Part shown: positions 63,201-64,000 of the stretch, piece after piece | How the letters are laid out: every line of letters starts with the position of its first letter | Numbering within the stretch: the stretch's first letter is position 1 | Assembly: GCA_030704615.1 (NCBI GenBank) | Contig: CM060734.1 | Coordinates: 54,684,001-54,748,000 of the forward strand | Direction: 5' to 3' | DNA length: 64,000 nt | Origin: Takakia lepidozioides | Taxonomy: Eukaryota; Plantae; Bryophyta | Made by a program: the position numbers and the translations under genes | The notes under the pieces: generated by a model | Database searches by the model: none | What the model was told of the DNA's origin: nothing | The model's input: only the letters and a program-made list of their open reading frames with translations

Positions 63201-64000
63201 GAGCCTGATTTTCTCATTGTGGTCGAGTTAAAACATGCGGCCTGTTATTTAGCTACTTTTCTAACCTTGCCACCTCGTTGTTCTCGCCACATGGGCGCTG
63301 GGTAGAATTCACATGTGGCCCCTCTGGCGATTTTGGAAAAATGAAAAAACAAAAAACGCCGTTCCGAAGACAGGAGAGAATGAGATCTACCTGGCCAGCA
63401 CTTGTTCCAACAGCCAGCAACATTCCTTCACGCTCCTCAAACCGCAAAGAAGTTACCTCCTGCATACCCATGTGGAACAGATCGTAACCTTGAGAGGACC
63501 TCACTTGTGTAAGAAGAATTTGTTCTTTAGATCAAGTTGGTTATAGTGCACCACTGCTAGTTAATGGCTCTGCTGCACAAAACTACATCACATCCATCCC
63601 CTCTATCCCTCTATCCATCTCTATCTACATCTGCTTCTGCTTTTCTGCTTTCCAATACATACCTGATCTGCATTTCCTGTTGGCCCAACAGCATCAATTC
63701 GTCCTACAGCAGCCTTCTGCCTCAAATCAAAACACTCGAGTGCCCCATCGTCTCCGCCACACGCAATCAAACCATGCAGCGGGCTTCCATGACCGTCAAG
63801 AGTCAATGCACCCAAGTTAGATAGCTATGTCTTCATGTTTCAATTCAACCCAGCATACCAAAATCATCGAGGTAACTCACTGCACAAGGCAGTACCATTA
63901 AGGGCATTATAATCTGCTGTAGCCTTATACTTTAGTGCATAATGTACAAGAAACAACTAAAGATAAAGGGCAGACTACACATACCTTCGACAGATAACAT
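57287..64000 (-). CDS. NOL10: Nucleolar protein 10 / Enp2 (WD40 + NUC153), 3' part; 5' end lies outside the window
   Basis: Spliced exons include HGLIACGGDDGALECFDLR, LLAVGTSAGQV, INDVCVMPNSGLLFMALD..YFIPSLGPAPNWCPFLENLT, IYDDYKFVTRDDL..LLGTNLLRAYMHGFFID, DPFAYEEYRQQRVREKL, KKLPKVNRELA, NUC153 DERFSAMFTD and an RGG-rich tail. Stop at 57287. Confidence 0.94.
59907..59973 (-). mobile_element. 67-bp LINE micro-insertion with stacked 3' ends, in a NOL10 intron
   Basis: Minus strand reads GTGAGTACAT-TATTATGAGTACAT-GTGGCCACAAAGCTACGGCAAACAACGTCTTATGGGTACATTT. Perfect 17-bp TSD AGCACAAAGGAAAAAGA at 59890-59906 and 59974-59990. Confidence 0.9.

Overview
Eukaryotic nuclear DNA from a compact, intron-rich land-plant genome. 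A non-seed plant is likely (inferred from the RTE-X-type LINEs and the very regular PLS-type PPR gene); the species cannot be determined. Seven protein-coding genes are supported: an NTF2/SnoaL-like protein (-), the spliceosomal SART-1/Snu66 homolog (+), a conserved uncharacterised plant protein (-), GPI ethanolamine-phosphate transferase PIG-O (+), a PLS-class PPR protein cut short at E2 with a fossil DYW domain behind its stop codon (-), the decapping enzyme DCP2 with a U12-type intron (+), and the 3' part of NOL10/Enp2 (-). Six of the genes form three head-to-head pairs. The most striking structure is one RTE-X-like LINE family with at least 7 insertions from 25 bp to 2.6 kb. All lie inside introns in the host gene's sense orientation. 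Six of them end in a tail-less (T)ATGAGTACA-type terminus right at the ORF stop codon and have TSDs starting with TCT in TC-rich tracts. They cluster next to each other's ends, and one TSD-bounded insert shows stacked 3' ends consistent with template jumping. Also present: two complete hAT-type MITEs and a partial third sharing a CAGTGTTG end, a tRNA-derived SINE, an L1 zf-RVT relic, a fold-back element and LTR-like debris. Exon boundaries were read by eye and could be off by a few bases.
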